From NCBI GenBank assembly GCA_943788915.1, contig CALSSD010000003.1:136663-200662 (forward strand): 64,000 bases of DNA. Reading direction: 5' to 3'. Source of the stretch: an uncultured Acidimicrobiales bacterium (GTDB taxonomy: Bacteria > Actinomycetota > Acidimicrobiia > Acidimicrobiales > UBA10347). A program made the position numbers and the translations under genes. Shown piece after piece: positions 62,923 through 64,000 of the stretch (its first letter is position 1; each line of letters opens with the position of its first letter). The notes beneath the pieces are model-generated. The model ran no database searches. It was not told the origin of the DNA and saw nothing but the letters and a program-made list of their open reading frames with translations.

Positions 62923-64000
62923 ATGCACCGTTTCCACCCGAGCTGTAGCTCCTTGGCACTTGTACTTGTTGCTGGCCTGGGAACACTTCTTACTCTCGTC
63001 CCGCTGTTCGGCGTACCGTCGGCTGCCGCTCAGGACAGTAGTTCTGACGAAGTGTTGATCTTGGTCCTCGATCTGTCCGGATCGATGAATGAACAATTCG
63101 ATGCTGAGCGAACAAAGCTCGATGTCGCCAAGGCAGCGTTTACCGAAGCATTTTCCAACGTGAGTCCTGACGCTCAGGTGGGGCTCCGCACCTACGGCGA
63201 CCAGATCGAACCAACGACCCCAGCGAACCGCGGAGCAAGCTGCACCAGCGACACTCGGGTCGTTTCGCCGGTTGCACCGTTGCAACGAGACCAACTGATT
63301 GCACAGGTCCAAGGCTTCGCCGCCCTTGGCGATACACCGATGGGGCTCGCCCTTCAGCAGGCCAGCACCGATATCCCTGCAGGGTCTACGGGCACGATTG
63401 TGTTGTTTTCCGACGGCCGCGACGAATGTTTCGACGCCGACCTCGACGGCGACGCAGCGACCGGACCTTCGTTCGGAAAAGATCCGTGTGAGACAGCAAA
63501 GGCGATCACAAGCGGCGACGGGGCAGTCGATCGGGTCATCACGGTGGGTTTCCGGGCTGACACCGCAGCGGAAATAGAACTACGTTGTATCGCTGATTCC
63601 ACAGGTGGCACGTACACCGCCATCGAGACGCCTGAAGATGCTCGTAACGTCCTTCCGGAACTTCTCGTGCAACTTAGTGCACCGCGCGAAGCCCAGCGGC
63701 TCGTCGGAAGAGCGATTCAAGGCACAACCTCTCCCGATAGTGCTCCTGACCTCGTTCGTCTCGATGACATTGGCACCGTCAAGGTGCTGTACACCGACAC
63801 CATCGATATGAACAGCGTGCGCATGTACCGCATGCCCAGTTATGGGCCCGAGGGCGGCACTTTCACCGCGACGGTGTTTGGGCTTCCGCCAGAAGTTGGG
63901 ATTGCGCTGGACATGCACATCTATGTACCAAGCCTGGACCAGCGATTCTTCCAGGGAGAACACGGCGACTTCGATGCTGGGTTGCCTGAGCGTCCAACTG
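62923..64000 (+). CDS. Secreted von Willebrand factor A domain protein (runs off the window; absent from ORF track)
   Basis: Hand translation: signal peptide ending SAAA-QD, LVLDLSGSM (MIDAS), VGLRTYG, GDTPMG, IVLFSDG. Confidence 0.85.
   Translation, partial: MHRFHPSCSSLALVLVAGLGTLLTLVPLFGVPSAAAQDSSSDEVLILVLDLSGSMNEQFDAERTKLDVAKAAFTEAFSNVSPDAQVGLRTYGDQIEPTTPANRGASCTSDTRVVSPVAPLQRDQLIAQVQGFAALGDTPMGLALQQASTDIPAGSTGTIVLFSDGRDECFDADLDGDAATGPSFGKDPCETAKAITSGDGAVDRVITVGFRADTAAEIELRCIADSTGGTYTAIETPEDARNVLPELLVQLSAPREAQRLVGRAIQGTTSPDSAPDLVRLDDIGTVKVLYTDTIDMNSVRMYRMPSYGPEGGTFTATVFGLPPEVGIALDMHIYVPSLDQRFFQGEHGDFDAGLPERPT

Overview
GC-rich actinobacterial chromosome segment; gene content and style suggest Acidimicrobiia (inference, no rRNA present). 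The core block (about 13.7-33.7 kb, mostly minus strand) holds tRNA-Thr/Met, an ECF sigma factor, tRNA-Trp-secE-nusG-rplK-rplA-rplJ-rplL, a Zn-free L31, prfA-prmC and a complete F1Fo ATP synthase operon with two b subunits; tRNA-Tyr is on the plus strand. The flanks are metabolic and accessory genes. Main non-obvious observations: (1) a PrdB/GrdB-like selenoprotein split by the ORF track at an in-frame UGA (UPLC motif), with a SECIS-like hairpin 11 nt downstream; (2) beside tRNA-Tyr, a small ORF and a degraded divergent sibling sharing a helical leader plus a [DE]V[ES]GF motif followed by different borrowed-looking motifs; (3) atpG apparently starting at AUU; (4) a Rex-box-like palindrome before the atp operon; (5) a MEMO1-AMMECR1 fusion lacking catalytic motifs; (6) a degenerate ECF sigma fused to an anti-sigma-like membrane sensor; (7) an EF-hand-like, toxin-like protein with a near-consensus leaderless promoter. 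Four apparent +1 frameshifts in short C/G runs (nusG, rplJ, recQ, a flavin monooxygenase) are probably sequencing errors. No CRISPR array, rRNA, transposase or integrase was seen. Family assignments come from motif recognition only, not database searches.
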